From assembly GCA_030754885.1 (NCBI GenBank), contig JASLZL010000017.1, forward strand, positions 12,999 to 76,998: a DNA stretch of 64,000 nt, written 5' to 3'. Made by a program: the position numbers and the translations under genes. Each line of letters begins with the position of its first letter. Position 1 is the stretch's first letter. This stretch comes from Rhodospirillales bacterium. Its GTDB lineage: Bacteria > Pseudomonadota > Alphaproteobacteria > Rhodospirillales > JASLLZ01. Shown piece after piece: positions 21,329 to 31,780 of this stretch. The notes beneath the pieces are model-generated. The model was not told where the DNA came from. It saw only the letters and a program-made list of their open reading frames with translations, and made no database searches.

Positions 21329-22261
21329 TCAAGCGAACCGGATGCGCGGGTTGAGGTAGGTGTAACCGACGTCGGCGATGGTCTGGGTGGCGACGGCGAC
21401 GAAGACGGCGACCATGGCGCAGGCTTCGATGAGGAAGATGTCGCCGTTCAACGACGCCTCCAACAGCAGCGCGCCGAATCCCTTGTACGCGAAGAAGAAC
21501 TCGACGACGATGACGCCCGACAACAGCCAGTTGATCTGCAGCATAATCACCGTGAAGGGGGCGATGAGGGCATTGCGCAGGGCATGGCGCAAGATCACTT
21601 GTCGGTAAGGCAGTCCCTTGAGGACGGCGGTGCGAATGTAGGGCTGGGTCATCACCTCGGCCATCGAGGCGCGGGTCATGCGCGCGACATAACCGAAATC
21701 GTAGATCACCAACACCATAACGGGCAGGATCAACTGCTTGAACTCGAAGCCCGACGACATGCCGCTGGTGCCGGGCAGAATCTTGAGCCAAAAGACGAAA
21801 ATGGCCGAGAGAAAAACGGCGCTGGCGAATTCAGGGATCGAAGTCGTGGTGACGGAGGTCACGGAAATGGACCGGTCGAGTTTGGAGCCCTCGCGCATGC
21901 CGGCCAGGATGCCGAGCGCCAGGGAAAGCGGGATCATGAGGGCGAAGGTCCAGAATCCCAGGATAGCCGTGTTCCAGAGCCTGGGCCACAAGACCTCGGC
22001 GACCGGCACGTTGAAGCGGATGGACTGGCCGAAATCGCCGCTGGCGAATTTCATCAGCCACGTCCCGTAGCGCAGCCACAAGGGCTCGAAATAGCCGTGC
22101 GCCTCGAGCCACAGGCGGCGCTGCTCGTCGTTCGAGTAAGGTCCCAGCACGCCGACGGCGACGTTCTCGGCGTCGATCTCGAGCAACAGGAACAACAGGG
22201 TCGACACCACGATCATGGTCACGACCATGAAGCCGAGGCGCTTGCACATGAACACGATCAT
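21329..22261 (-). CDS. Peptide ABC transporter permease (DppB-like)
   Basis: GDFGQS; YIRTAVLKGL..VILRHALRNAL; VVEFFFAYKGFG. Confidence 0.93.
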   Translation of the reverse strand: MIVFMCKRLGFMVVTMIVVSTLLFLLLEIDAENVAVGVLGPYSNDEQRRLWLEAHGYFEPLWLRYGTWLMKFASGDFGQSIRFNVPVAEVLWPRLWNTAILGFWTFALMIPLSLALGILAGMREGSKLDRSISVTSVTTTSIPEFASAVFLSAIFVFWLKILPGTSGMSSGFEFKQLILPVMVLVIYDFGYVARMTRASMAEVMTQPYIRTAVLKGLPYRQVILRHALRNALIAPFTVIMLQINWLLSGVIVVEFFFAYKGFGALLLEASLNGDIFLIEACAMVAVFVAVATQTIADVGYTYLNPRIRFA

Positions 22262-22344
22262 CAGCCGTCAGACCCCGCAGTGGGGATCGGGCGCGGAGCG
22301 AACCGCGGAGACGCTCTGGGCGCCCCTGCGGGAGTCAGCCGGCG

Positions 22345-24042
22345 TCACGCCAGCCACACCTTGCCGAGCTGATGGTAGATGGTCGGGTGCAGTTCGTAAC
22401 CCCGCACCCGCTCGGTGCCCGCCGCGAAGACCGAGCGCCACAGGGGCTGCGCGATGACGGCGTCGTCCTGGAGAATCTTCTCCACCTTGGCCATCTGCTT
22501 GCGCCGCTCCTCGACGTCCAAGGTGGCGCTGGCCACGTCGAGGGCGCTGTCGAAGGCGGGGTTATTGTAGTGGCTCTCGTTCCACGGTACGCCCGAGCGG
22601 TAACCGAGGTTGAGCACCATGACGCCGAGCGGACGGTGGGTCCAGGCGGTGAACCCGAAGGGGGTCTTGTCCCAGGTTTTCCAGTACTGAGCGTCCGGCA
22701 TGACGTTGATCTGGATGCGGATCCCCGCCGGTTTGCACATCTCGGACAGGGCCTGGGCTAGGGCCGGCTCCCACGACGGCGTCTTCTTGCAATCCAGCTT
22801 GAGGTCGATGCCGTTCGGGTGGCCGGCATCGGCTAACAGCTTCTTAGCCCGTGCGTAGTCCTGCTTCTGGGCCGGCAGCTTGGCGTATTCGGGATGGGTC
22901 GGCGCCACGTGATGGTCCTCCGCCGGCGCACCCTTGCCACGGTAGGCGATGTCGAGGAGCCGCTGGTGGTCCTGACACAAGGTCACGGCCTGGCGCACGC
23001 GGATGTCGTCGAATGGTTTCTTGTCGATCTGCATGCGGGCGACGCCGGTCTGCGCGGTGACCGCCTCGAAGAGCTGGGTGCCGGGGATCCCCTGCACCAC
23101 CTCGAGTTGCTCGACGAAGGTTTCGTACAATAGTTCCACTTGGCCCGACGCCAGGGCGGCCAGTCCGGCGGCGGGGTCGTCGCCGTGGTCGACATAGGTG
23201 ATCTGGTCCAAATAAACCTCGTCGCCCCAGTAATCCTTGGGGTTGCGCTTGGCCAGCACCGCTTTCTCGCCCACCTTGAACTCCTTGAGCTCGAAGGGGC
23301 CGGTGCCGACCGGGTTCTTCGAGATGTTGCCGCCTTCCTCTTCGAAGCGGCGGTGGACGATGGCGGTGGGGTAGTTGTAAAGGTTCTCGGGCATGGCCAG
23401 TTCGGGGCGGTTGAGGTTGAGGCGGAGCGTGTGCTTGTCCACCACCTCGACGGCACCGGGCGTCATGCTCTTCGACTTGATCGGATTGCCACCCTTGTCC
23501 TTCTTGCCCGTATCGGTCTCCGTCACCATGGAGCCGAACAGACCGATGTTCGACGACCCGGTCTTGGGGTCGAGCCAGCGTCTGAAGTTGAACGCCGCGT
23601 CCTCGGCGTCGAATGCGTCCCCGTTCGACCACTTGACGCCCTTGCGCATGTGCAAGGTCCAGGTCTTGAGGTCGTCGGAAGCCTCCCAACGCTCGCAAAG
23701 ATAGGGCCGGGTGACGTTGTCGGTTCCGGTGATGGTCAGGTATTCGAGGAAGGGGCGGCTCGTGTTAGACATCTGGGTCCATTCGTAGGTCGCCGGATCG
23801 TCCATCCTCTGCACCTGCATGGAGCAGCGCAGGTTGCCGCCCTTCTTGGGCGTCGCCGCCTGGGCGCTGGGCACGAATTGCGAACCGGTCACCCCGCCGG
23901 CCATGGCATAGGCGGCGCTGGCCGACACGCCGAGCAGGGTTGCCGTACGCAGAAATTCGCGGCGGTCGATGTCGCCCTTGGCCAGTTGATTGGCCAACTC
24001 GGGCACCGCCGGATGAATCTTTGTCTTTGATTTGTCTGCCAT
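22345..24042 (-). CDS. Family 5 ABC substrate-binding protein with Tat signal
   Basis: DRREFLRTA twin-arginine motif; WTLHMRKGVKWSNG; PVGTGPF; PFDDIRVRQA. Confidence 0.93.
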   Translation of the reverse strand: MADKSKTKIHPAVPELANQLAKGDIDRREFLRTATLLGVSASAAYAMAGGVTGSQFVPSAQAATPKKGGNLRCSMQVQRMDDPATYEWTQMSNTSRPFLEYLTITGTDNVTRPYLCERWEASDDLKTWTLHMRKGVKWSNGDAFDAEDAAFNFRRWLDPKTGSSNIGLFGSMVTETDTGKKDKGGNPIKSKSMTPGAVEVVDKHTLRLNLNRPELAMPENLYNYPTAIVHRRFEEEGGNISKNPVGTGPFELKEFKVGEKAVLAKRNPKDYWGDEVYLDQITYVDHGDDPAAGLAALASGQVELLYETFVEQLEVVQGIPGTQLFEAVTAQTGVARMQIDKKPFDDIRVRQAVTLCQDHQRLLDIAYRGKGAPAEDHHVAPTHPEYAKLPAQKQDYARAKKLLADAGHPNGIDLKLDCKKTPSWEPALAQALSEMCKPAGIRIQINVMPDAQYWKTWDKTPFGFTAWTHRPLGVMVLNLGYRSGVPWNESHYNNPAFDSALDVASATLDVEERRKQMAKVEKILQDDAVIAQPLWRSVFAAGTERVRGYELHPTIYHQLGKVWLA

Positions 24043-24404
24043 GGAAACTCTCCCTGTACCGTTCGTTGATTGGTTAAGCATAAAGTGCCTATAGAACTAC
24101 TAAATAAATTTTACTGGTAACCTCGCATGCAGATAACAAAATTCATGAACAAACAAATTTAACATTTCTATAGAGTTTATTTATTACACCAATACTTAAT
24201 TTTATATTTATTATATACTATTATCTCACTTCCGAATTATCCTGTCAAACCGAAACGGGACTATAGTTGGGGCCACAATCTTTTTGTGAAATCTATATGG
24301 CATCAACGGGTTTCGACCGACGCCAACTTTAAGGATGAATTTTCAGCCGTTCCCGGTTATCCTGATCAACCGTTATATACGGATTAGAATAACGCTTTCC
24401 AGGG

Positions 24405-25421
24405 ATGTTCCCCATGCTGTCCACCACCGGCCCTTCGCTCATCGATCCCTTCGGACGCCAAGTCACCTATCTTCGGGTATCGGTTACCGACCGCTGTGAC
24501 TTCCGCTGCGTCTACTGCATGTCGGAGCACATGTCCTTCCTGCCCAAGGCCGAGCTTCTGACCCTGGAAGAGTTAGACCGGCTGTGCTCCGCCTTCGTCC
24601 GCAAGGGGGTGCGTAAACTGAGAATTACCGGTGGCGAACCGCTGGTCCGCCGCGGCATCATGTGGCTATTCCGGGCACTGGGCCGCCATCTGGACAAGGG
24701 CGCGCTCGACGAATTAGCCCTAACCACCAATGCCAGTCAGCTGGCGCGATACGCGGCCGAACTGGCCGACTGCGGGGTGCGCCGCGTCAACATCTCCATC
24801 GATTCGCTCAATGCCGATAAATTCCGCGCCATCACCCGCATCGGCCGGCTCGACCAGGTCATCGCCGGCGTGGAGGCGGCGCGCAAGGCGGGGCTGGCGG
24901 TCAAGATCAACACGGTGGCGCTCAATGGCGTCAATGACGACGAGATCGGCGACATGGTCGCCTGGTGCGGGGATCGGGACTGCGACCTGACTTTTATCGA
25001 GGTCATGCCCATGGGCGAGATCGACGGCTATCGCTCCGAGCAGTACCTGCCCCTGACCGCCGTGCGCGACAGGATCGAGGAACGCTGGACGCTGACCGAC
25101 ATCGATTACCGCAGCGGCGGACCGGCGCGCTACACCACCGTTGCCGAGACCGGTCGGCGCATCGGCTTTATCACCCCCCACAGCCATAATTTCTGCGAAA
25201 GCTGTAACCGGGTACGTCTTACCTGCACCGGCACCCTTTACATGTGCCTGGGCCGCGACGACTCCGCCGACCTGCGCACCCACCTGCGCGCCGGGTCCTC
25301 CGACGCGCCCCTGGAGGCAGCCATCGACCAGGCTATCGCGCGCAAGCCCAAGGGCCACGATTTCGTCATCGAACGGGCCGACCCGGCGGTGTCCCGCCAC
25401 ATGAGCGTTACCGGCGGCTGA
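24405..25421 (+). CDS. moaA: GTP 3',8-cyclase
   Basis: [18 protein letters not shown]; [11 protein letters not shown]...LYMCL; C-terminal MSVTGG. Confidence 0.96.
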   Translation: MFPMLSTTGPSLIDPFGRQVTYLRVSVTDRCDFRCVYCMSEHMSFLPKAELLTLEELDRLCSAFVRKGVRKLRITGGEPLVRRGIMWLFRALGRHLDKGALDELALTTNASQLARYAAELADCGVRRVNISIDSLNADKFRAITRIGRLDQVIAGVEAARKAGLAVKINTVALNGVNDDEIGDMVAWCGDRDCDLTFIEVMPMGEIDGYRSEQYLPLTAVRDRIEERWTLTDIDYRSGGPARYTTVAETGRRIGFITPHSHNFCESCNRVRLTCTGTLYMCLGRDDSADLRTHLRAGSSDAPLEAAIDQAIARKPKGHDFVIERADPAVSRHMSVTGG

Positions 25422-25489
25422 ACAAGCCCGGCGGGATCAAAAGCGAAGGCACTCGTCGGTTGACCCGACCAGGCATGACCCGTACCATG

Positions 25490-25680
25490 GCCGATGGTGG
25501 TTCCCCTTGACGGGGGAGACAACAGGGAACGCGGTGCGCGTCAAACACATGGGCACAATTCCGCGGCTGTCCCCGCAACTGTAAGCGGCGAGTTTCTGAC
25601 CGGCGAGTGCCACTGGGCAACTGGGAAGGCCAGGTAGGAAACGAAAAACCGCAAGCCAGGAGACCTGCCACCACACCGTC
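25490..25680 (+). ncRNA. Cobalamin riboswitch upstream of cbtBA
   Basis: AACAGGGAA..GGTG, CTGTCCCCGCAACTGTAA, GCCACTG..GGGAAGG, AAGCCAGGAGACCTGCC consensus blocks. Confidence 0.95.
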
Positions 25681-25770
25681 ACCGCGACCGTCCGGGCTTT
25701 TCGTGGCCGAGACTGGGGAAAGCGGCGACACGAGACGCGATAGCTTAAACCGGCAACGGAGGATTGCATC

Positions 25771-25953
25771 ATGACCGACCACGTTTACTCACAGACCACC
25801 GAATCCCTCACCAAGACCAGTGCATTGGCGCAGACCGTGTTGGCCGCCTTGCTGGGCGCTTTTATCCTCTTTGGCACCGGGTTCGTCCAGATCAGCGCGG
25901 CGCACAACGCAGCCCACGATTCCCGACATTCGCTCGCCTTCCCCTGCCATTGA
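25771..25953 (+). CDS. cbtB: Cobalt transporter subunit CbtB
   Basis: One TM plus HNAAHDSRHSLAFPCH. Confidence 0.95.
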   Translation: MTDHVYSQTTESLTKTSALAQTVLAALLGAFILFGTGFVQISAAHNAAHDSRHSLAFPCH

Positions 25954-25962
25954 GAACACGCT

Positions 25963-26634
25963 GTGTTCAGGCGTATCGTGGCGACGGCGTTGTTTGCCGG
26001 TCTCGCCGCGGGATTCGTTCTCTTTGTCGTTCAGCAATCCTGGGTCACACCGCTTATTCTTGAAGCGGAGACGTTCGAGACGGCCGGCGCCGGGCATCAA
26101 GAGCACGGGCACGAGCACGGCCATCCCTGGGCTCCACAAGACGGTATCGAGCGGACACTCTTTACTCTCCTCGCCGATGTTCTGAACGGTTTCGGCTTCG
26201 CCCTTCTCCTTGGTGCCGCGATTGCCTTCTCCGGGCGCCAGGTCAACTGGCGCCTCGGCCTCGTGTGGGGGCTTGCCGGATTCGCCGTCTTCGGGGCCGC
26301 GCCGGCCCTCGGGCTGCCTCCCGACCCACCCGGGGTCGATGCCGGCGAGCTTGTTCCGCGACAGGCTTGGTGGCTCGGAACGGCGGCGGCGACGGCTTTG
26401 GGATTGTGGCTTCTTGCCTTGACCAAACGACGGGCGTTGAAGGTGCTTGGTGTCCTGGCCCTGGTGGCGCCGCACGTCATCGGCGCGCCCGCTCTCGACA
26501 TTCACGCCGGCCCCGTCCCGCCGGAACTGGTCAACGAATTTATTGCAGCCTCTTTGGTCGCCACCGGCGTGTTTTGGCTTGTCATCGGTACGATGAGCGG
26601 CCATCTCGCGCGCCACCGCATTGGCCTCGACTGA
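25963..26634 (+). CDS. cbtA: Cobalt transporter subunit CbtA
   Basis: TPLILEAETFE, His-rich loop, W.P.DG.ERT, PALGLPP..PG, RQAWW. Confidence 0.93.
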   Translation: MFRRIVATALFAGLAAGFVLFVVQQSWVTPLILEAETFETAGAGHQEHGHEHGHPWAPQDGIERTLFTLLADVLNGFGFALLLGAAIAFSGRQVNWRLGLVWGLAGFAVFGAAPALGLPPDPPGVDAGELVPRQAWWLGTAAATALGLWLLALTKRRALKVLGVLALVAPHVIGAPALDIHAGPVPPELVNEFIAASLVATGVFWLVIGTMSGHLARHRIGLD

Positions 26635-26642
26635 CGACTGGC

Positions 26643-27674
26643 ATGGCAATCCCATCGACGCCGCACTCGGTATGCCATGGCGGCGATATCGACGCGGCCG
26701 GCCGGCTCTTTGGCGAGCCTCAGGGTGGCTGGCTCGATCTCTCGACGGGTATCAGTCCGCACCCCTACCCCCTGCCGCCTCTGGCGACCGAAGCTTGGCG
26801 AAAGCTACCGCAGCCGGATGCCGAGGCGACGCTCATCCGTGCCGCGCGCAAGGCATATGGCGCCTCCGCCGAAGCCCGCATCGTGATCTCGCCCGGAACC
26901 CAGGCGGCGATCCAGGCCCTGCCGCGCCTGGGCCGGGTCGGCCGGGACGCGGTCAGTGTAGCGGTGCTGGGCCCGACCTATGGCGAGCATGCCCACGTGT
27001 GGCGCGCCGCCGGCCATGACGTTGACGAAGTCGCGTCCTTGGATAAAGCCGCTAAGGCCGAGGTCACCGTTATCGTCAATCCCAATAATCCCGATGGCCG
27101 CGTAATCGACGGCGGAACGCTCCGGGCGCTTCACGGGTCGATCGCCAAACGCGGCGGCTGGCTGGTGATCGACGAGGCCTTCGCCGACGTTGATCCGGAC
27201 GTGAGCATCGCCGCCTGGGCCGGGCGGCCCGGACTCGTGATCTTGCGGTCCTTCGGCAAATTCTTCGGTCTTGCCGGGCTGCGTCTTGGATTCGTGCTCA
27301 CCGATGACGCGATTGGGGATGAGTTCCAGGCCTCATTCGGCCCCTGGGCCGTATCGGGGCCGGCGCTCGCGATCGGCGGGACGGCCCTCGTCGACGACAT
27401 CTGGTGCCAGACCATACGCGCCCGACTGGCCGACGATGCGCGCCGGCTTGACGCCCTCCTTGCCGGTGCGGGCGTCAGCGTCGTTGGCGGCACGTCGCTA
27501 TTCCGCCTCGTTGAGACGGATAACGCGGCGCGCCTTCGCGATGGACTGGCGCGGCGTGGTATCTTGGTGCGTATCTTCGACGACCAGCCGACCCTGGCCC
27601 GGATCGGCCTGCCCGGCGACAAGGCCGCCTTCGAGCGACTGGCCGATGCCCTGGCAAGCCTTATAAGGGCTTAA
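26643..27674 (+). CDS. cobD: Threonine-phosphate decarboxylase (CobD; CobC in P. denitrificans naming)
   Basis: HGGD, WLDLSTGI, VNPNNPDG, DEAFAD, LRSFGKFFGLAGLRLG. Confidence 0.92.
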   Translation: MAIPSTPHSVCHGGDIDAAGRLFGEPQGGWLDLSTGISPHPYPLPPLATEAWRKLPQPDAEATLIRAARKAYGASAEARIVISPGTQAAIQALPRLGRVGRDAVSVAVLGPTYGEHAHVWRAAGHDVDEVASLDKAAKAEVTVIVNPNNPDGRVIDGGTLRALHGSIAKRGGWLVIDEAFADVDPDVSIAAWAGRPGLVILRSFGKFFGLAGLRLGFVLTDDAIGDEFQASFGPWAVSGPALAIGGTALVDDIWCQTIRARLADDARRLDALLAGAGVSVVGGTSLFRLVETDNAARLRDGLARRGILVRIFDDQPTLARIGLPGDKAAFERLADALASLIRA

Positions 27675-28690
27675 TCGTCCTTGGTACTGACGCCGGCCTC
27701 GGCAAAGGTCGCCATGCCGGCATGGACAGCGATCGCCGTCTTGACGATGGCGACGGCCAGAGCGGCGCCCGATGCCTCGCCGAGACGCATGCCAAGATCG
27801 AGAAGCGGCACCTTGTCGAGCCGTTCCAGAAGCCGCCGGTGGCCAGGCTCGGCCGAACAATGTCCGGCGAGACAATGATTGAGCGCGCCGGCGTTCTGCC
27901 GTGCCAGCGCCGCCGCCGCCGCGCCCGCGACGAACCCGTCGAGCACCACCGGGATGCGTTTAAAGCGCGCCGCCAATACAGCACCCGCGATGGCCGAAAG
28001 CTCACGCCCGCCAACCCGGCGCATGACCTCCAGAGGATCGTCTAGGGCCGCGCCGTGAGTCATCATCGCCGCCTCGATCACCTGTGCCTTTCGATCGACG
28101 CCCACCTGATCGACACCGGTCCCCGGTCCCGCCCAGTCGGCGCCCGTACCGCCATAGAGGCCACGACAGATCGCCGCCGCGGCCGTGGTGTTGCCGATGC
28201 CCATCTCGCCGACACACAAGAGGTCGATACCGTCGGGCACCTTTTCCATGCCGAGCGCGACCGCTGCCAAGAACTCAGGCTCGCTCATCGCCGGGGCCTG
28301 GGTGAAATCGACGGTCGGTTGATCCAAGTCGAGCGCGCATACCTCAAGCTCGGCGCCCACGGCCTTGCAGATTTGGTTGATCGCGGCGGTGCCGCCGGCG
28401 AAATTCGCCACCATCTGCCCCGTGACCTCGGCCGGGAAGGCCGAGACACCTTGTGCCGTTACCCCATGATTGCCGGCGAAGACAAGGGTTTTGACGATCT
28501 CGCAGCGGGGCGGGTTGCATCTCTGCCAAGCGGCCATGAAAGCGGCAATACCTTCGAGACGTCCCAACGAACCAGCGGGCTTGGTCAACTGTGCATCACG
28601 GTCGCGCGCAGCCGCCTCTGCGGCGCCGTCGGCGCGCGGCAAATCACTGATCAGGTCACGCAACTCGTCAATCGTCCCGGGCGTTTTCAT
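27671..28690 (-). CDS. cobT: Nicotinate-nucleotide--dimethylbenzimidazole phosphoribosyltransferase (CobT; CobU in P. denitrificans naming)
   Basis: LTKPAGSLGRLE, FAGNHGV, GEMGIGNTT, MRLGEASGA. Confidence 0.95.
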   Translation of the reverse strand: MKTPGTIDELRDLISDLPRADGAAEAAARDRDAQLTKPAGSLGRLEGIAAFMAAWQRCNPPRCEIVKTLVFAGNHGVTAQGVSAFPAEVTGQMVANFAGGTAAINQICKAVGAELEVCALDLDQPTVDFTQAPAMSEPEFLAAVALGMEKVPDGIDLLCVGEMGIGNTTAAAAICRGLYGGTGADWAGPGTGVDQVGVDRKAQVIEAAMMTHGAALDDPLEVMRRVGGRELSAIAGAVLAARFKRIPVVLDGFVAGAAAAALARQNAGALNHCLAGHCSAEPGHRRLLERLDKVPLLDLGMRLGEASGAALAVAIVKTAIAVHAGMATFAEAGVSTKDD

Positions 28691-28785
28691 CGGCGTTTCC
28701 ATTGTCTTCGGATGGTTTTGGCGAGGGCGACACGCGGCAAAGACTATCCTATAACCGAGGCCTAAATACCAATCGAAAGTGTGCC

Positions 28786-29553
28786 ATGGTGGAGACTGAA
28801 TCCCGAATCGATGACGCAAGGGTCGCAGCGGCCTTCTTGACGCGCCTGCCCTTGGCCCTCGCCCACCCGCCGGGCCCCGGCCGCTTGGCACGGGCGTCGT
28901 GGGCCTTTCCGATCGTCGGTCTGGTTATCGGCATCGCCGGCGGCTTGGTTTATGGAGTCGCGCATTGGCTCGGCCTGCCGCCTCTGTTGGCCGCCGTTTT
29001 CACCGTTGCCGCGCAGATTATGCTCACGGGCGCCCTGCACGAGGACGCCATCGCCGATGTCGCCGATGGCCTCGGCGGCGGTGCCACTCGCGAACGCAAG
29101 CTTGAACTCATGCGCGACAGCCGTATCGGCACTTTCGGCGCCTTGGCGCTCATATTGGTCTTCGCGGCGCGGGTGGCCGCCGTCTCGGCCATGGCCGAAA
29201 CCGAAATGGTCATCGCCGCCTTGGTCGCCGCCGGTGCCCTGTCACGTGCTTCGATGGTGGTGGTCATGGATCTGATCGTACCGGCCAGGAGCGACGGCCT
29301 CAGCGCCCAAGCGGGGCGACCTCAAACAGGAACCGTTGCGGCCGCCCTGATCATTGCCGTCGTCTTGAGCCTTTTGGCACTTGGCCCCCTTACCGGTACG
29401 GCCGGGCTGGCGGGCGCTGCCTTCGGTACCGGCGGTCTGGCATGGATCGCATGGCGCCAGATCGGCGGCCACACCGGCGACGTGCTGGGCGCTTGTCAAC
29501 AAATGGCCGAAGTCTTTTGTCTCTCCGTCATCGTTGCCGTGGGACTCCGTTAA
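28786..29553 (+). CDS. cobS: Adenosylcobinamide-GDP ribazoletransferase (cobalamin synthase; CobV)
   Basis: FLTRLP, TGALHED..ADVADG, MRDSRIGTFG, GGHTGDVLGA. Confidence 0.93.
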   Translation: MVETESRIDDARVAAAFLTRLPLALAHPPGPGRLARASWAFPIVGLVIGIAGGLVYGVAHWLGLPPLLAAVFTVAAQIMLTGALHEDAIADVADGLGGGATRERKLELMRDSRIGTFGALALILVFAARVAAVSAMAETEMVIAALVAAGALSRASMVVVMDLIVPARSDGLSAQAGRPQTGTVAAALIIAVVLSLLALGPLTGTAGLAGAAFGTGGLAWIAWRQIGGHTGDVLGACQQMAEVFCLSVIVAVGLR

Positions 29554-30865
29554 ACGCCGCATCCACCAAGTGCACGAAGGAACCCATCACGTTGCCGCGC
29601 CGACACCCGGCGGGACCAAGATCGTCGTCACGCGCGTCGCGGCACTGGAAAAGCGGTTCCGCCGCCGGCTCGCGCAGAATAGTGGCGTAATGGAACTCGT
29701 GGCCGCGATACTCGGTGCCGCCCGCGCCGAGGGGACCGTCCGACACCAGCCGCGCCTGGCGGTAGCCAAGATGCAGGCGGCGCCGGGCGAACGAGGTTTC
29801 GAGCGCCACCAACCCGGCCATTTCGTGGCGTCGTTCGTCGCCATCGACAAGCCCCTCGCCCAGCACCATGTAGCCGCCGCATTCGCCATAGATCACGCCG
29901 CCTCGTGCCGCCGTGGCGCGGAGGCCGTCAAGGAACGCCGCGTTGCCGGCCAGGCGTCCGGCGTGCAATTCGGGATAGCCGCCCGGAAGATAGACTGCGT
30001 CCGCCGCGCCGTCCGGTGCCTCATCGGCCAAGGCTGAGAACGGCACGATTTCCGCCCCTGCCCCGCGCCAGCCGTCTAGGACGAAGGGATAGGCGAAGGC
30101 AAAGGCGGTGTCACGGGCGACGGCGATGCGCTGACCGAGCGGTGGAATACCCGCCGCCGCCCCGTCGCCGCCGGGCGCCGTCCCGGGCCTGGCCAGCGCC
30201 CCGAGGGCATCGGTATCGACATGCGCCCCGACGACAGCGGCGGCGGCATCGAGGAAAGCGTCCAGATCGTCCAGTTCCCCGGCCTGCACCAGCCCGAGGT
30301 GGCGGTCCGGCAAGTGAAGCCTTGGATCGCGCGGCACGCAGCCCAAAACCGGAATGCCGAGGGGCGCCATGGCATCGCGCAAAATTCTCGCGTGTCCCTC
30401 GCCGCCGACACGATTGAAGATGACGCCGACGAGCCTGACATCGGCGCGAAAACGGGCAAAGCCGCTTACCGTCGCAGCGGCCGAAGTCCCTTGTCCACGA
30501 ACGTCTACCACCAACACCACCGGCCAGCCGGCGAGCGCCGCCAGATCGGCGGTCGAGCCGGTGCCGTCGGTGGCGCCGTCGAATAACCCCATCACGCCTT
30601 CGCCGATGACCAGATCCGCGCCTTCGCCCGCGGCAGCGGCGAGGCGGGCCAGCGTCGCCGGGTTCATCGCCCAACAATCGAGGTTAAGGCACTTCCGCCC
30701 GGACGCCGCCAAGTGGAAGGCCGGGTCGATGAAATCGGGGCCGGCCTTGAAGGACGAAATGACCGAGCCTTGGTTGCGGAAATGGCGCAGAAGGGAAAGG
30801 GTCAAGATGGTCTTGCCGCTGCCCGAGGCGGGCGCCGCTATCATCAGGGTGGGCGCTTGGGTCAT
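29528..30865 (-). CDS. cobB: Cobyrinate/hydrogenobyrinate a,c-diamide synthase
   Basis: SGSGKT, FKAGPDFIDP, EGVMGLFDG, GGYPELH, GECGGYM, GHEFHY. Confidence 0.95.
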   Translation of the reverse strand: MTQAPTLMIAAPASGSGKTILTLSLLRHFRNQGSVISSFKAGPDFIDPAFHLAASGRKCLNLDCWAMNPATLARLAAAAGEGADLVIGEGVMGLFDGATDGTGSTADLAALAGWPVVLVVDVRGQGTSAAATVSGFARFRADVRLVGVIFNRVGGEGHARILRDAMAPLGIPVLGCVPRDPRLHLPDRHLGLVQAGELDDLDAFLDAAAAVVGAHVDTDALGALARPGTAPGGDGAAAGIPPLGQRIAVARDTAFAFAYPFVLDGWRGAGAEIVPFSALADEAPDGAADAVYLPGGYPELHAGRLAGNAAFLDGLRATAARGGVIYGECGGYMVLGEGLVDGDERRHEMAGLVALETSFARRRLHLGYRQARLVSDGPLGAGGTEYRGHEFHYATILREPAAEPLFQCRDARDDDLGPAGCRRGNVMGSFVHLVDAAFNGVPRQR

Positions 30866-30878
30866 CGCTTGGACGCGA

Positions 30879-31718
30879 TCAGCCGGCCTTGACCCGGGAC
30901 TTGACTCCCAGGGGATCGGCGACGAGCGCCCGGCCGGCCAGCGCGCCAAGCCAATCGAGCCCACCGCGCAGCCGCACCACTTCGCCGATGACGACCAACG
31001 CCGGTGGTTCGATGCCAGCCGCCACGGCCGCCGCCGCGCAGTCGCCAAGCGTGCTCTCCAAGACTTTCTGGTGCGGAGTCGAGGCACGGCTGACGATGGC
31101 TACCGGCTCATCCGCCCCGCGCTCCGCATCAATGAGACATGCTGACAATTTCCCCAAGTGCTTCATCGCCATGTAAATGACGAGAACCGGCGAGCCGGCC
31201 GCGATGGCGGCCCAGTCGATACTATTGGGCACGTCACCCGATGCATCATGCCCGGTGATGAAAGTAACCACCGAATTGATCTCGCGGTGCGTAACCGGAA
31301 TACCGGCATAGGCCAGGCCGCCGATGCCCGCCGATATGCCGGGGATGATACGGAACGGCACCTCGGCCTCGACCAGCGCCAAGGCTTCCTCGCCGCCACG
31401 GCCAAATACAAAGGGATCACCGCCCTTCAGGCGCAGGACCCGCTTTCCCTCATGCGCCAATTGAACCAGCCGGCGCGAGATATCAGGCTGACGGGGCGAG
31501 GGCTTGCCGCCCCGCTTGCCCGCATATTCGAGTTGGGCACTGGAATTGGCATGTTTGAGGACCCCTTCGCCGACCAGCGCGTCGTAGACCACCACGTCGG
31601 CATATTCGAGGCCGTGAAGCGCATGGAGCGTCAGCAAACCGGGATCACCCGGTCCGGCGCCCGCCAGCCACACCCAGCCCGCCTCGAAGGGCGGCAGTTC
31701 CATCGCCAGACGATCCAA
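30879..31718 (-). CDS. cobA: Uroporphyrinogen-III C-methyltransferase
   Basis: GAGPGDPGLLT, RLKGGDPFVFGRGGEE, GIPVTHR; GGAGG RBS before TTG. Confidence 0.95.
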   Translation of the reverse strand: MDRLAMELPPFEAGWVWLAGAGPGDPGLLTLHALHGLEYADVVVYDALVGEGVLKHANSSAQLEYAGKRGGKPSPRQPDISRRLVQLAHEGKRVLRLKGGDPFVFGRGGEEALALVEAEVPFRIIPGISAGIGGLAYAGIPVTHREINSVVTFITGHDASGDVPNSIDWAAIAAGSPVLVIYMAMKHLGKLSACLIDAERGADEPVAIVSRASTPHQKVLESTLGDCAAAAVAAGIEPPALVVIGEVVRLRGGLDWLGALAGRALVADPLGVKSRVKAG

Positions 31719-31780
31719 TGATTCCTCCGCTTCGTTGCCGCTATATTACCTCGGGCGGGTTCTCTAAGGTAGCGTTTGTC

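Noticed and set aside
24250-24404. Moco riboswitch upstream of moaA, or a replication origin
   Set aside because: No recognisable Moco motif, DnaA-box cluster or origin-associated genes.
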